Origin: Podarcis bocagei
Lineage: Eukaryota
Direction: 5' to 3' (one strand)
NCBI GenBank assembly: GCA_964188305.1
Contig: OZ076892.1
DNA length: 64,000 bases
In this document: in pieces, positions 11,097-24,272 of the stretch
Position numbering within the stretch: position 1 is the stretch's first letter
How the letters are laid out: every line of letters starts with the position of its first letter
The notes under the pieces: generated by a model
What the model was told of the DNA's origin: nothing
The model's input: the letters and a program-made list of their open reading frames with translations, nothing else
The model's database searches: none
Program-made: the position numbers and the translations under genes

Positions 11097-13264
11097 AGGA
11101 GGAGGAGGAGGAAGGTGAAGAGGATGTGAGGCCAGCAGCCCTTAGAGTATCAGTTTAACACAGAAGCAGGATCAACAAGTCAGCACAGGGACAGTCTAGG
11201 AAGTTTTGTGGTCCCCATCCTCTCCTTTTACTCATGCAGATACACCAGCATACAGTGCAAACAGAGTTCCACGCTGATACTTCCCCAAAAGGCCTCCTTA
11301 TATTTTTACTTATTAAGACAATGCTTGGCTAGGAAACATTTTTAGTATCTATATACTTGGTGCAAAAGAAAGCGCCGATAGCCTGCCCTGAGCCTTTAAT
11401 GTTGAGACAGAGGGAACACCTGCGGACCTCCAGAAGTTGTTGGGCTGCAGCCCCCACCCTCATCTCTGATCATTGGCCATGCAACATCTGGAGGGTCACA
11501 AGTTCCCCACCCCTAATTTCATGGGAGAGCATTTTCTATCAGTCAAAGTTGGGGTGATTGTTCCTGGGTGCCAGCTGCTCCTCCCTCTTTGCCTTCCCTC
11601 ATCACAGATGAGAAATTGACCAGCCAAGAAAAAAGGCAAGAGTTTGGGGGGAGGGAGTGGGGGGAGGCCTTCCCGCATCCTGGGTGAACTCTACACTCCC
11701 CCAAAGACAACAAGCACCTCTGCTTCCTATTTGGGTTAACTTTGCATGGGAGGCTGCATCTCCTTTCTTTTCTTCTCCCTGCTACTGACACCCCCAAGCA
11801 GCTAAGAGAGAAAAACAGTATCCCCTCAGAAATGAACCTCCTGCAAGACAAAGGAAAGAAGCTCCAGCATACCTTCATCCTTCTGCCTCTTGGCTCTGTA
11901 GCACAGGGTGAACCACCAAAAGTGTAAAGCCCAATGGAAGTCCTGCTCTTGTCTCCTCTGCAGCCAAAGCCAAACCCAGTCCCAAAAGTAACCAATGAGG
12001 GGGCTCCAGTCAAAGAGCCAGCCTATTCACAGGCAAATGCTCCCTGCTGAAGTGCCAGATGGAAGAAGGGGGCAGGTGGGGGTGCTGGAGAGAAGGGTTG
12101 GAGTCAGCACAAGAGTGGGGGGAGGAGGAGAGGCTCCATGGCCTGTGAGGGACAGCTCTCCATTACTGCTCCTAAGCAAAAAAGCTCTTACAGAGACAGG
12201 CACCAAAACAACCCAAACACCCCCAGCCCACCTCCTCTCAGGGGTGCCTGGTGCTCTTTTGTCCTTGCTTATAGGAGATACACAGTCTCCCATTCTTTTC
12301 AGGAAATTAGAATAACCTACCCCAACCTGAGGCATTTGAACTACTTGCTGACCAGTGTTGGCTTGTACAGGTGAATGAGTCGCCACAGATCAAACTTTAC
12401 TGGCAGGACTCAAATGCCATCACTTTCAACAAAGGCAGTTAGTTCACACATTCAGCCAAGAGGAATCAAGCCTCCGTGAGTGACATATGCGTTTCCATGG
12501 CTGGAATTAGGAACTATGGAATGTAACCTGTGATTCTTTGGCAAAGAATGTTGCTTTTTCTTTTTTAAGTATAGAAAGCAAGACTGTTTTCTGAGAAGCC
12601 TCAACGCCACCCAGCCACTTGCCAAGACACAGAATATGACCTCTTGTCCCAAATCTCTCTTGAAGCAGGGAAGGGGTGTCAGCTGCCTGACTTTTGTTCA
12701 ACCTGTTGGAAGGGCTGGGATGCAACTCAGCTTGTATTAAGGCCAGTAAGATGGCATGGGTATGGGTTCATCCACACTTCTGCTTGTCCTGTGTCTCAAA
12801 AGTCCAAGTGATTTTCTGATTGTCTCCGGCTTTCTAGGCAAAGGCCAAGCGGTTTTGCCTTTGTCCTGCCTCATTCCAAACCCACTCTTTCCTGCCTCAG
12901 TCCAAACCCACTCTTTCACACAAAATTGGAACAAACAACAATGTGCAGAAAACCCAATTGCCCTTTGTTCTGATTCAGTGCTAAACCACAAGTTTTTGCA
13001 GGGGAAAGTGGCAGGGCAAAGTAAGTGTGAATGAGCCCTTAGGAAAGAGTTCCTAATTCTAGCTAGCAAGCATGCATTTCCTATAATAAACATAGCTCTC
13101 TTATTTTCATACTCAAAGTCTCACTGTGATTGCTTTCAGGCTAAAAAGCATCCAAACAAGGATCCATGACTAAGCTCAACTTCTGCTGTGGCATATAAAT
13201 GCATGGCAGTGAATCTGAACAGAAGTTACATTAGGGGACATCTGTCTCCCTCTACAGAACTCAC

Positions 13265-13459
13265 CTGGTCAAAGAATTCATACAGCTTGATGGTCTGGCC
13301 TATCCGGCTCCTGCTGGCCTCCAGCTGGCTGCAGAACCTCTGGAACTGGGTTCTGTACATCTGCAACTTGACACGACACCCTGCGTGCAGCTCAGCGGAG
13401 GAAGCATCTTCCCACTTGTCCATCTCTCTCAGAGATTCCCAACCCCTTCGGCAATATTC
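13265..13459 (-). CDS. PLEKHG4: Coding exon 13 (EYCRRGWESLREM...KLYEFFDQ)
   Basis: Acceptor tttgtttccag, donor gtgagt, 195 nt, phase 0-0. Confidence 0.91.
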
Positions 13460-14300
13460 CTGGAAACAAAGCCCAACAGCAAATCATTGCATCGCCTCTG
13501 GCGGATACATGCAGCTTCTCCTGGTGTTGCAAAGATCCTGAAGGCTGATTAAGCTGACTATTCCAATGTGGTCCTGGGACCTTTCTTGGCATGAGGACCA
13601 GCCCTGGTCATATAGACCTGCCTGGTGGAATCATCATGACTCACCGACCTCTGGAAAGGCTGTAAAATGTGGCCAAAGACCAGGTGGGTTGAGCTGAGGG
13701 GGTCTCAACATGGGACAGAGATGCATGAAAGTGGCCTTTCCAGACTACAACTCCCAACAGCCCTAGATGTCCAAGATCAGGGATGATGGAAGTTGTAGTC
13801 CTGAAGATCAGGGGAGCACTATGGGCCCTTTGCCTAGCAATGTGCATGTGTGTGGAGGATTGGGGGTACATGACAAAGAAAAATAAGAGGCAGCCAGTGT
13901 ATATGCCACAGCACTGCAGGCAAGAAATGTTCCTGCCAAAATCCATCTCATCTTTCCTCCTCACAAGAAGCTAAGCCACCCAGGCATAGGGCTTGCAAAT
14001 GCAGGGGAAACCTCCATTCCTGAATAGAGACGAGAGCTGTCCCCAAGACATTTTTCACTGTCTCGCTTGCTCTGTTCTCCTAGTGCTGGCTTGGCTGCCC
14101 CACAGCTCCAAGTTCTGCTGCACTTCAGCCCCAGTTCCTAGTATCCCCGCTAGGGGGAAGTCTTTTGAAGGTTTCAATCCCTCCTTAACGTACAGTACTT
14201 CTCATTTCCCTTTCAGAAGACTATTTGCAAGTATTCGATAGCTGATTTGTTTCTTGCTCTCAGGGGTTAATGTTGGAGAGACAAGTTACTAAGGGTGTAA

Positions 14301-14347
14301 GGTAAAAAGGTAAAGGACCCCTGAATGGTTAAGTCCAGTCAAAGGCG
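14301..14347 (-). mobile_element. Severely 5'-truncated Sauria SINE tail with a 13-bp TSD
   Basis: GGTAAAAAGGTAAAGGACCCCTG... (reverse of the ACCTTT tail), flanked by ACTAAGGGTGTAA at 14288-14300 and 14348-14360. Confidence 0.8.
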
Positions 14348-15913
14348 ACTAAGGGTGTAACTGGCCTGCTCTAACAGTAGGTGGTGATGTAACCTCTCTT
14401 GTCACTTGGCTAGAGTGCATAGTTTCCTCTATATTGTTCAAATGTCCTCTTTAACGTCTTATTACGGTTTCTTCTGCTGAATCTAGCTGTGCAGCATTGC
14501 TTACCATTGCTTGCACAGCTGCTTACTCTTACTGTATTTTTTTCTCCGTTCTACTAGAAGTTAGAATGTTTGTCAAAATTTCATGACATCACAACAGCCC
14601 TTTTAACTGCTGCCAAGAGTCTTCAGTGCCATCGCAAGCAAAATCTCTAAGCACATTGCAATACAGACTGGAATAAGGGAGGGGAAATAGTGTCCTGCAA
14701 CTTCCACTCCAACACTGTTGCAAGGGAAAAAAGATGAGTCCTGAGCAGCAATGGAGAAGAAATTTGATTCAGTTGACATTTAAAGCCAAATCAATCATAT
14801 TTGCAGTTTCCAAAATGTTATGAGAATTGAAACACAGAACAATCCTTTGAAATTCATGCTTATCCAAATATTGTGCTGCTGTTCTCCAATCAATGTTTAC
14901 ATATATGCATATATGAGGAGAAAGGGCACATAAATGTGGACTATATTAGTAAAAAGTAAAATACAAAAGGGCATTTTGTTAAAAGAAATCGCTCACAAAA
15001 ATGTGTGCATTAGTCTAAACTGCATTTAATAATGTATTTATTAGGATATATTTGCACTAAATGCTGAAGAATGTCCATTAATATTTTTTAATGCAAATTG
15101 CTGCAGAAATGTGGAGAACTGAATCTGAGATTGGAAAAATGAGAAAGTAAGGGCCTGTTCACACTTCCGTTTGCCCTGCGGTTTCTTAGAATTTGCATCA
15201 AATCAGTAACATGGCCAAAAGCTTTTCATTTATATACCAATGTAGAAATGAAGAAAAAAAACAACCCCAACCAAAATAAGCCATGCTTTTTATTACTGTG
15301 TTGGAACAAAAGAAAACCCCCTTTAAGACCAAATAGAAATTTGTTCCCCTTATGATCCAATCCTTTTCTGGGCACCTGAACAGAAAAAAACACTCATTTT
15401 CCCTTGTGGCACATTGTGCGAGTGTTCCTCTTTCGCCTCTTTCAGAGATGCCTCCTTGAAATAGCATGGAGGAAGACGTGGCATGGGAACCCAGAATCCC
15501 GCACAAAACTTGTGGCAGTACTAATCTGCACTGCGACAAGCAGAAGAACATGGAACAAATGGATGTGTGGATAAACCCTGAGAAAGCTAAAGTGGACAGA
15601 TCTTTCCATCACTGGTTCTGAGGTATGTATGTGCACATATGCATACAAAAATCAGGAGACTCCCAGTCTCCAGTGAGGACCCACTGCAGTTGCCCATGCA
15701 GAGTCCTGCCTGCAGATCCTAAAGTTCACCAAGGCACAACCAATGTACAATGAAAGTTTTCTTTGAGCCAAGGTTCTTTAGGGCTTAGCCCCAGAACCTC
15801 TTTTCATGTCACTGCTCAGCCTTGGAATATGATATATTAATAAAAAAGTGTTTGCCTCTAAACAAAGCAGCCAGCCTGTGGATTTGTGCGGAGAGTGTCA
15901 GGAGAGGACTTAC

Positions 15914-16036
15914 ACTTGCAACGAGCTCAAAGTCCTGGAACTGCCTCTGTGCTTTAAGCAAGACCTCCAAAGAACCATCCAGCTCACTCAGCTCCGTGAG
16001 CCGTGTTTGACCAACATTCTCCATCCATCTGCTGAC
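15914..16036 (-). CDS. PLEKHG4: Coding exon 12, spectrin-like region (VSRWMENVGQ...FELVAS)
   Basis: Acceptor cctcttgtag, donor gtaagt, 123 nt, phase 0-0. Confidence 0.91.
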
Positions 16037-16500
16037 CTACAAGAGGCAAAAAGGTAGATCAAAGCCAAGAAGAAGCCTCTCCGCCTTCAGAGAGCAAAAC
16101 CACACACTCCTGTTCCTGGAAAGAATGGGAGTCACCCCGCCCTTTGGTCTACTAGGGAATGAGTGGTGCCTCCTCCACCTCCCACTTAAGGGAATCTCCT
16201 CTCCTCTCAATCTTTTAGCCTTCTAGATTATTATTATTATTAAACTCTGCCATGTGATTCTGTGCTACTTTCAGATTTTGATCTCTTTCCGTGTTGTTTA
16301 TTTTTATCCTGTTTTGTGTTGTAAGCTGCCTTGAGAACTTGGCTACTTAAAAATACTTAGAATGAATAAATCCATATGCTTGTAATGACAGAGGGTGGGC
16401 TCTGGAGCTCTTTGCTCAAAACTTTGAGTATGAGGTCTCTTGACTCCAGAGACTGGGACGGTGCAATTGTGGCACTTCGCCAAAAAAAAAAAAAAAAAAA

Positions 16501-17234
16501 TGAGAGGCACAAATACAAGATGGGGGACACCTGGCTTGAGAGCAGTACATGTGAAAAGGATCTAGGAGTCTTGGTTGACCACAAACTTGACATGAGCCAA
16601 CAGTGTGACGCGGCAGCTAAAAAAGCCAATGCAATTCTGGGCTGCATCAATAGGAGTATAGCATCTAGATCAAGGAAAGTAATAGTGCCACTGTATTCTG
16701 CTCTGGTCAGACCTCACCTGGAGTACTGTGTCCAGTTCTGGGCACCACAGTTCAAGAAGGACACTGACAAACTGGAACGTGTCCAGAGGAGGGCAATCAA
16801 AATGGTCAAAGGCCTGGAAACGATGCCTTATGAGGAACGGCTAAGGGAGCTGGGCATGTTTAGCCTGGAGAAGAGGAGGTTAAGGGGTGATATGATAGCC
16901 ATGTTCAAATATATAAAAGGATGTCACATAGAGGAGGGAGAAAGGTTGTTTTCTGCTGCTCCAGAGAAGCGGACACGGAGCAATGGATCCAAACTACAAG
17001 AAAGAAGATTCCACCTAAACATTAGGAAGAACTTCCTGACAGTAAGAGCTGTTCGACAGTGGAATTTGCTGCCAAGGAGTGTGGTGGAGTCTCCTTCTTT
17101 GGAGGTCTTTAAGCAGAGGCTTGACAACCATATGTCAGGAGTGCTCTGATGGTGTTTCCTGCTTGGCAGGGGGTTGGACTTGATGGCCCTTGTGGTTTAT
17201 TCCAACTCTATGATTCTATGATTCTATGATTCTA
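16501..17234 (+). mobile_element. 5'-truncated CR1 LINE with an intact ORF2 C-terminal frame
   Basis: The ORF has the typical CR1 ORF2 C-terminus (EKDLGVLVD...[18 protein letters not shown]...EKRRLRGD) and an (ATTCTATG)n tail. Confidence 0.95.
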
Positions 17235-17732
17235 CATTGCTCCTAGAGTTCCTAGATGCTGCTGCTCATGCTGCTAGCACAGTCCTTATATCATGGATGT
17301 TTTTGGGAACCTTACCTGCCAAGCCCAGGGAAAGGCCCTGTCCCACTGCTCTTCCAATAACAGAAAACATGAGTCCAAACTGGATGCAGGATGCACATCT
17401 ATCTACTGACCTCTAAAATGCAAGCCTTTTTAACAAGTGGTGTTAACCTGCTCCAGTGATGGATCACAGCCAATCAACCTCAACCCCAGGCTACAAGACT
17501 GAGTGGCCAAAGGAGGTGAAAGAAACTCCCATTGGCCCAAGGCCTGCCAATCACCACTATTTCAGCCCCGTCAAGATTTAATTTCAGCCATCCCAGGTTC
17601 TGTTTAGTGGACGTTCTGCTTCACTGTCAACACCAACCCCTGAGCCCGACTGTGCATAGCTTTTGGCCAGCACAGCAGTTAAAAGGATTGGGTTGTAAAT
17701 CCATCTGAGCTGCCAGAAAAATGTCAACAAAC

Positions 17733-17871
17733 CTCCCGGAAGCTTTCTTCAAAGGCTCCAAAGTCTATCACCAACTCCAGGGCCTGGATGCGCTTGTTTG
17801 ACATCATCACCAGCTGATGGATGCCCTCGTCCACTCCATTGTAAAACGCAACAGCTGCCTCCAGCGCATCT
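17733..17871 (-). CDS. PLEKHG4: Coding exon 11 (DALEAAVAFYNGVDEGIHQLVMMSNKRIQALELV...FRE)
   Basis: Acceptor ctttcag, donor gtttgt, 139 nt, phase 2-0; resembles human SNQRIQALELV; not in the ORF track. Confidence 0.91.
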
Positions 17872-19619
17872 CTGAAAGGGAAGCATGGCCCAGGTATCAT
17901 CAGCTGGAGTTCCAGTTTCTTACAACCTGCTACTGTGGGTACTGCTTAAATCCCTGAGATGCTGTGACTCAAACAAAGGCCCAAGATTCCAGGACATTGG
18001 AGGGTGATGGGGTGACAGAGGAGGGCACCAGCTCATTGCACAGCCATGTGGCAGGGCAGAGAACAGATGCCAATGTCCCACTGCCCTCCAAGAGCTTCAC
18101 TTCCCTTCTGATCAGGATGCAGCAAGCAGCTGCTGGTGTCCTCTCTTCTGGTTGGATTTGTGGGAGTGGGAAAGGAAGCTCTCCTTGTGAATGGCTGCAT
18201 GGCTTGCCAGGCTGCCTCAAAGTTCATTTCACACCCAGCAGCATCTCAGTCTGCTCTGGAAACATCTAAATATCTGAGAACTACTGCAGGTGGAGAAGGT
18301 AGTGTGGACACTTTTTGATTGCACTGCCAGAACTGCTACCACCCCCACCACCCATTACTCCTGCTGACAAGATGACTGGCAAGCTTGCACAGAGACCTAT
18401 CCTGGTCCAGAAGCTCATCCAATCAATGAATTCATCTTCCCTTTTCACCCCAATCTGGGGCAAACACAGCCAACGGCTGCCTGTTCTGCTCTGTGCTGTG
18501 CAGGAGGCAGCAGTCACAGCCAGCCGAAAGGGGCCTTCCCTAGGCTGTGCTCAAAGCCTTGAAGAAGGATCTGGTAAGCGGAGCAGTGGGGCAAAAAGTT
18601 TAGGATGGCAGAGCGCCAGTATGCCTTGCCGCCTGTGCTGAGCTCAGTAAAGGAGGTTACCCCACACATACTTTCCAGATCAAATCACCAGATTCAAGCA
18701 GGCCTACAACAAAAAGGAGACGCTTGAAGTGGGTTTAGAGCGTCCCCCTCCCCACCGGAATCTGTTTTCCTTGGCCAATGTTACTTTGTAGGGGGGTGGG
18801 GGGAAGGTTCCAACAGCAAGTGCCAACAAATGTCTTGTGTGATTCCAGGGTAATTTTAGACTCCTGTGTCTGAAAGTTGCTTTTGGCAGGACTCCTTTTT
18901 GGAGATTTCCTTACCAGGCTGAAGGCTCTTTCTCTCAGTGAAGGGCTGGTGGGGGTGCTTGAGAAATAAGGAAACTGAACTCACTCAATTTCAAAAGGAA
19001 AATGCAGGCACTCTTAGCGGAAAGAGGAACAGTCTTCAAAGACAGCGTCTCAAATACGGGCCAGCAGGGGGCAAGCCCTTTGTCTTATCACCACTGGCCC
19101 TGGCAGGGAGAGCTCTCTGCCTCATGGAAGCTAGTCTTCAGAGTCTTCTGAGCCCACCCACAGTGCCTGAGCATGGCCACAGGCCCTTACAAGGCAAGCC
19201 ACAGACTGGAAGGAGACCTTCCCAGGCTGAACCAGGTCAGAGCCAAGCAACAGGCAGAGCCAGGCCATGACTCTTGCAAAAGCATCAGAGGGAACTGGCA
19301 GCCTTAGGACAGCCCAGGTGGGAGTGCAGGCATACAAAGTAGGGGTGATCCAAGTGTTGGCAGAATGGCCTGGAACTCTCTTGAGGGCAGCAGGGTTGTT
19401 GCTGCACAGCTTGTTACTTGTCAGCTAAGTGGGGCTTCATCAGCTCTCTTGGGGTCTGAGCTGAAGGTGACTAACCAGGAGATTCCTGCATTGGAGGCTG
19501 GACTAGATGACCCCCAGGGTTCCTTTCAACTCTACAATTAAATGATTCTAAAACAAAGGCTGTTTTAAGGAGGAAGGGCAGGATATAAATTCAATAAATA
19601 AATTCAATAAATAAGGTTG

Positions 19620-19895
19620 CAGTGGATAGCTCGATTAAGATGTCAACCCAGTGTGCGGCCAACAGCGTGAAAAAGGGCTAATTCTATGCTAGGGATCATT
19701 ATTAGGAAAGAGATTGGAACTAAAACTGCCAGCATAATAATGCCCCATTATGCAATCCTATGGTGCAACAACACCAGGAAGACTGTGTACATTTCTACTC
19801 ACCTCACCCCCAAAAGGATATTATAGGGTGTGAAAAGGTTCAAAATGATCAAGAGGGTGGAGCAACTCCCTTATGAGGAAAGGTTACAGCCTTTG
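19620..19895 (+). mobile_element. Old CR1 ORF2 fragment
   Basis: Degenerate similarity to the CR1 ORF2 C-terminus (KMIKRVEQLPYEERLQ) and to the copy at 47620-48362. Confidence 0.7.
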
Positions 19896-20990
19896 GCTTC
19901 TGGTTCACTTCCAGGCATCTCCTTCAGCAAAGGAATGTGGAGTCTCTGGTCCGAGGGCCAAATGTGGCCCTCCAGCGCCCCCCACTCACCCACAGGACTC
20001 TCTCTAGGCCACGCCCCTTCCTGAGCCACACCCACCAGTACTGCTTTTGCCTGAGTAGAATGAACTCATTTAATACTTCTTTCTTTGTCTGCATGATGTA
20101 TGCATGAACAGAAACTAGATGGCGGTATAAAGGTAAAACAAATTCACCCCCATTGCTTTGTCCACTTTTGCCTCTAGTCCCACTCACCACTGTAATGTGG
20201 CCTCTGGAAGGCGACCCAGAAGGGAATGTGGCCCTCTGTCTGAAGAAGATTCCCCATCCCTGCTTTTGGATTCTGATTGCTGGAGGAAAGCCAACCAACT
20301 TCCATATGGAAGGGCTCTGAACTTCCGTTCAAGTGTCATGGAAAGTACCCCCAAAGGAAAGCCCAGGCTCATCGCTTGGGTCATTGGAGCTTGCTGATTG
20401 CAGACTCCCCAGAGCACTGCTGGAAAAGCGCATTGGTACAAAGAGCTGATTTGGTATTTGCAAACTTAAGAAAAGCCTGCTGGATCAGGCCAGTGGCATA
20501 TCTAGGGCAGCATCCTGTTCTCACAGTGGCCAACCAGATGCCTGTGGGAATCTTGCAAACAAGACCTGAGTGCAACTGGAGTGGAGCTTTTCAACAGGCA
20601 GAAAGGTAAGGTAAACACAACAAACTGGTTCAACAGCAAGGCAAAGGCAGCCAGGAGCCAAGGTCTTTGTCATGAACCTGAGTAAATCAATAAAGGCAGG
20701 GTGACAAGGGACCCCAAAGTCTGTACATGTGATCCTCCCACAAGAGCCAGACGGGTAGGGGAGATGTATTTTGCATTACACTGTTACAGACACAAGAAGC
20801 AGCAGCCAATCCATCAAGCACTTTTTTTTTTGGCTAGTCCTATATACTGCTGAAAACCAATGCGTTTCCTCCCTGTCCCCCTGAGCAGGCATGATCCAGC
20901 CCTGCTAGTGAAAGCACATCAATAGAAGGACTGGTCTGTGCAGCCACATCCCAAGTTCAGAAGTATTCAAAGTACTGAATGTGAGACTAA

Positions 20991-21258
20991 GGGCTTATCC
21001 GCACTTCCTCCCCCTGCCCCCCGCTTTCCCTCAGGAAAACCCACAGTTTAGTGCTGAATTGGAACAAATGGCAATTGGATTTTCTACGGGTTGCTATTTA
21101 TTCTGATTTAGCACTGAAGAGTGGTTTTCAGGGGGGGGGGGAGCAATGGGGCAAACACAAAACTGCTCGGACCTGTGCCTAGAAAGCACGGAACAAGCAG
21201 AAAACCACTCAAGCACATGCTTTCTAGGCATGGGAGAAGCAGACATGTGGACCAGCCC
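20991..21258. mobile_element. Palindromic MITE, possibly PIF/Harbinger-like
   Basis: Begins after TAA with GGGCTTATCC and ends with GGACCAGCCC; internal inverted arms at about 21047-21074 and 21091-21118. Confidence 0.5.
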
Positions 21259-22043
21259 CAAGAGGGCATTTTTTCTGCTTGTGCAATTCAATGCAATTAG
21301 ATTCTGCAGCCGTCACTTGAACAACATAGCACATTTTTGCCTCTCACACTTGTGCGTGCGCACAGCAAATCCCTGCCCAAATCTCCAGAGTCCAGATCAG
21401 CAGACCTGCTGCTGTGCTTCCAGACAGGCAGCTCTCCCTTCATCCTAACCTGGAGTCCCAGGGCAGAGGGAGAACCTCCAGCAGGCAGAACCAGAGGCTC
21501 TTCTCCTCCCACCCAAGGAAGCTGCAGAGGGAGCTAGGGCCTGCCTGGGAAGTGGTATGAAGAGCGTGCAAATGGAGCACCTCTATGCAAATAAACAAAA
21601 AGCATTCCATCATTGAATCATTCAAATATGTCACTCACAAAACAGTGTGACATGGTGGATAAAGGACTGGAGCTTGCATCCCTCCTTGCCCTTGGAGCTC
21701 ACTGAAGAGCTACGGGCAAGTCATTCTCAGGCTAAGCTACCTCCTTCTAAAAGGGTTGTTGGGAGGATAAAACACCACGTATCATACTCTGAACTCCTCA
21801 GAGGGAAGGTTGGATAAGCATTAGATAGGAAAATAATTTAATATGTGTCATTGTTATTTATGGGCATCATTTAATTTTAATTTGGGGGCAGAATCTGAAT
21901 TGTCAGAGCCCCTATGGCTTCATGCATTAGGGGGGCAGAGTGGCAGTTCTTGTGTGCTTGGGGGCCTTTCACAGCACACCCATCCTTCCTGCTTTTCTCC
22001 TGGCCACCCTCCCTCCCCACTCTCTGTTTCCCTGTAGACTCAC

Positions 22044-22192
22044 CTGTAGTCCTCCGTCAGAGTAACACAGGACTCTTCTTTCCTCAGGCGAGCAAGAAGC
22101 GCCCCTCCTTCCAGCTGCAACCTGACCAGCCGTCTATCATCAAGAACAGTCTTCATTAATTGCCTGTAGCTCTTCAGCAAGGCATCAGCCTC
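22044..22192 (-). CDS. PLEKHG4: Coding exon 10 (EADALLKSYRQLMKTVLDD...VTLTEDYR)
   Basis: Acceptor tttctcag, donor gtgagt, 149 nt, phase 0-2. Confidence 0.92.
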
Positions 22193-22880
22193 CTGAGAAA
22201 CCAAGAAAAGCACACAGACCCTGCTCAGGGCATTTACAATCAAATGTTTTTCTTAACCAGTATGAAAAGCAGCCTGAGAAAATTGACCACCCCTCACAAG
22301 TTCCTAAAAGTGACCTGGGAACAGAAGATAAGAATCCTCCCTCTTTGCTGAGGTATGATGATGATTTAGACCCAGTTGCTTTGCTCTGAGATCAATTGGT
22401 CCTTTTCCGTCCTTCCTGACACAATTAGGCGCTGCTCTGAGGCCGACAGGCAGCAAGAGGCACCCAAGTTTCACCCTGAAGCGATGACACAGCATGGCAG
22501 AGGGCACTGCATCCTTATATCCTGCTCTCTGCTGCAGTTGTGCTGCAAAGCCTGCTGGCCCGGCCAGGTCTTCAGGCACTCCAGGGTCTCCTCCCCAGCA
22601 AGCTGTCTCTCTGGGGCAAGAAAGGAGCACCGGGATGCCCAAGACTGACACACCATTCACTTCCCATAATACATTCTGGGCAACTGTTCTTTACTTCCTG
22701 GAGCGGACCTTCATTTCTGGCCATGGCGGCCAAACATAATAATGATACATTGGTGTGATTGTAAATGTTAATGTTTGTATCATTTACTCAGTGCTCCCCT
22801 CCTCTTGCTTACTCTCCAAACTCTTGAAACAGGTGGTGGTTGTTGCTCCAACAACTATAGATGGGAAGCAGAAGACTCAC

Positions 22881-22979
22881 CTCCGCTTTCTCTGGCCAGC
22901 TGCTGGACTCCACAGCTTGGATGGCTTCCCTGAGGAAGGTGCCGGCATCTTCGCATCCATGCAGCAGGTGCTCCAGGCG
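22881..22979 (-). CDS. PLEKHG4: Coding exon 9 (RLEHLLHGCEDA...WPEKAE)
   Basis: Acceptor gcctttcag, donor gtgagt, 99 nt, phase 0-0. Confidence 0.92.
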
Positions 22980-23172
22980 CTGAAAGGCCAGCAAGCATAG
23001 AGTTGACTGACAGCCCACCTCCTTCCTTGAGGCTCTCAAACCAAGCAGTTTCCCCCTGGGTTAGGGAGGGGAACGCTGGGAGGCCCCAGAGACTGGTCTG
23101 GACTACGGCCAAAATGCTCATACCACCAAGCGGCAGCATTACTGGGCCCAGATGTGAGCATCACTCACTCAC

Positions 23173-23289
23173 CATTCGAAAGCGCAGCCAGTCCTGATGG
23201 CAATATGGAAGGGCCCCGTCAAATTCTAGGGGCAGCTGCCCCCCCTCGATGTGCTTGTGGAGGGATTTCATGGAGGTGAGAAGTTCCCA
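23173..23289 (-). CDS. PLEKHG4: Coding exon 8 (WELLTSMKSLHKHI...LPYCHQDWLRFRM)
   Basis: Acceptor tctcctcag, donor gtgagt, 117 nt; resembles human LPYCHQAWLDFR. Confidence 0.93.
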
Positions 23290-24024
23290 CTGAGGAGAAA
23301 CAAACATGCAAGTGCAAAGCTGAGGCAAAGAGCCCTGTGCTAGGCCAATGGGCCAGCGAACTGGGCCCGGACTCTCCTGCTGGCCTTCACACCGATAACT
23401 CCCAGCTGTGCTGCGTCTTGGATAAGGCACTTGCAGGAGAGGTTCAGAGAGGAGAGAGATTAGGGCAACAAGAGAGGAAGATTGGAGGGTTCAGGACAGA
23501 GAAAAGAGAGGACTTTTTCATACAGCACCACCTAGCTTCACTCCCACAAAAGGGAGTGAAGATCAACAACCTGGCTAGCTTTATAAAGGAGGTACAACAA
23601 GCTCACAGAAGAGGGGGAAGCTATCAAGGGCTACCAGCCATGATGGCTATGTTCTGCCTCTACCTTTGGTCAGCAGTAGGGGATAGGGAGGGTCAGAGTG
23701 ATTCTTAGTCACCATGGGTTAAAAACTTGTCCCAAGAGCCAAGGGATGTGTAGACACTCCTGGTGAGAGCCTGAGATTTTCCTTGGATGAAGGAGAAGTG
23801 CATGGAGTGAACACAGACTAACAAATCAAGGCGGGTGAAGGGTGGCTGCCACAGCCCAACCCCCAACAACAGAAACTCAAGATGACCAGCTAGTTGGTGG
23901 CAGCTCAGCAGAGCAGCACCAGAGGAGCTACCCAGGGTCAGGCATGAGTTACAAAAGGGAAGCAATGCCCTCAGGTTTCCCCTGGTGATGGCAAAGCACT
24001 CCTTATCTAGTCCAATTGATAATA

Positions 24025-24272
24025 CAGTCATACCTCGGAAGTTGAACGCCTTGCGAGTTGAAAGTTTTGGCTCCTGAACACCACAAACCCAGAAGTGAGT
24101 GTTCCAGTTTGCAAACGTTCTTTGGAACCCGAACATCCAACGCGGGTTCCACAGCTTCCGATTGGCTGCAGGAGCTTTCTGCAGCCAATAAGAAACCGCG
24201 CCTTGGTTTCTGAACGTTTTGGAAGTTGAACGGACTTCCGGAACGGATTCCGTTCGACTTCTAAGGTACCTG
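24025..24272. mobile_element. Tc1/mariner (pogo/Tigger-like) MITE
   Basis: TA|CAGTCATACCTCGGAAGTTGAACG...CGTTCGACTTCTAAGGTACCTG|TA: terminal inverted repeats with TA duplication. Confidence 0.8.

Noticed and set aside
16376-17149. 257-aa ORF as a host gene
   Set aside because: It is the CR1 ORF2 C-terminus, lacking the reverse transcriptase core.
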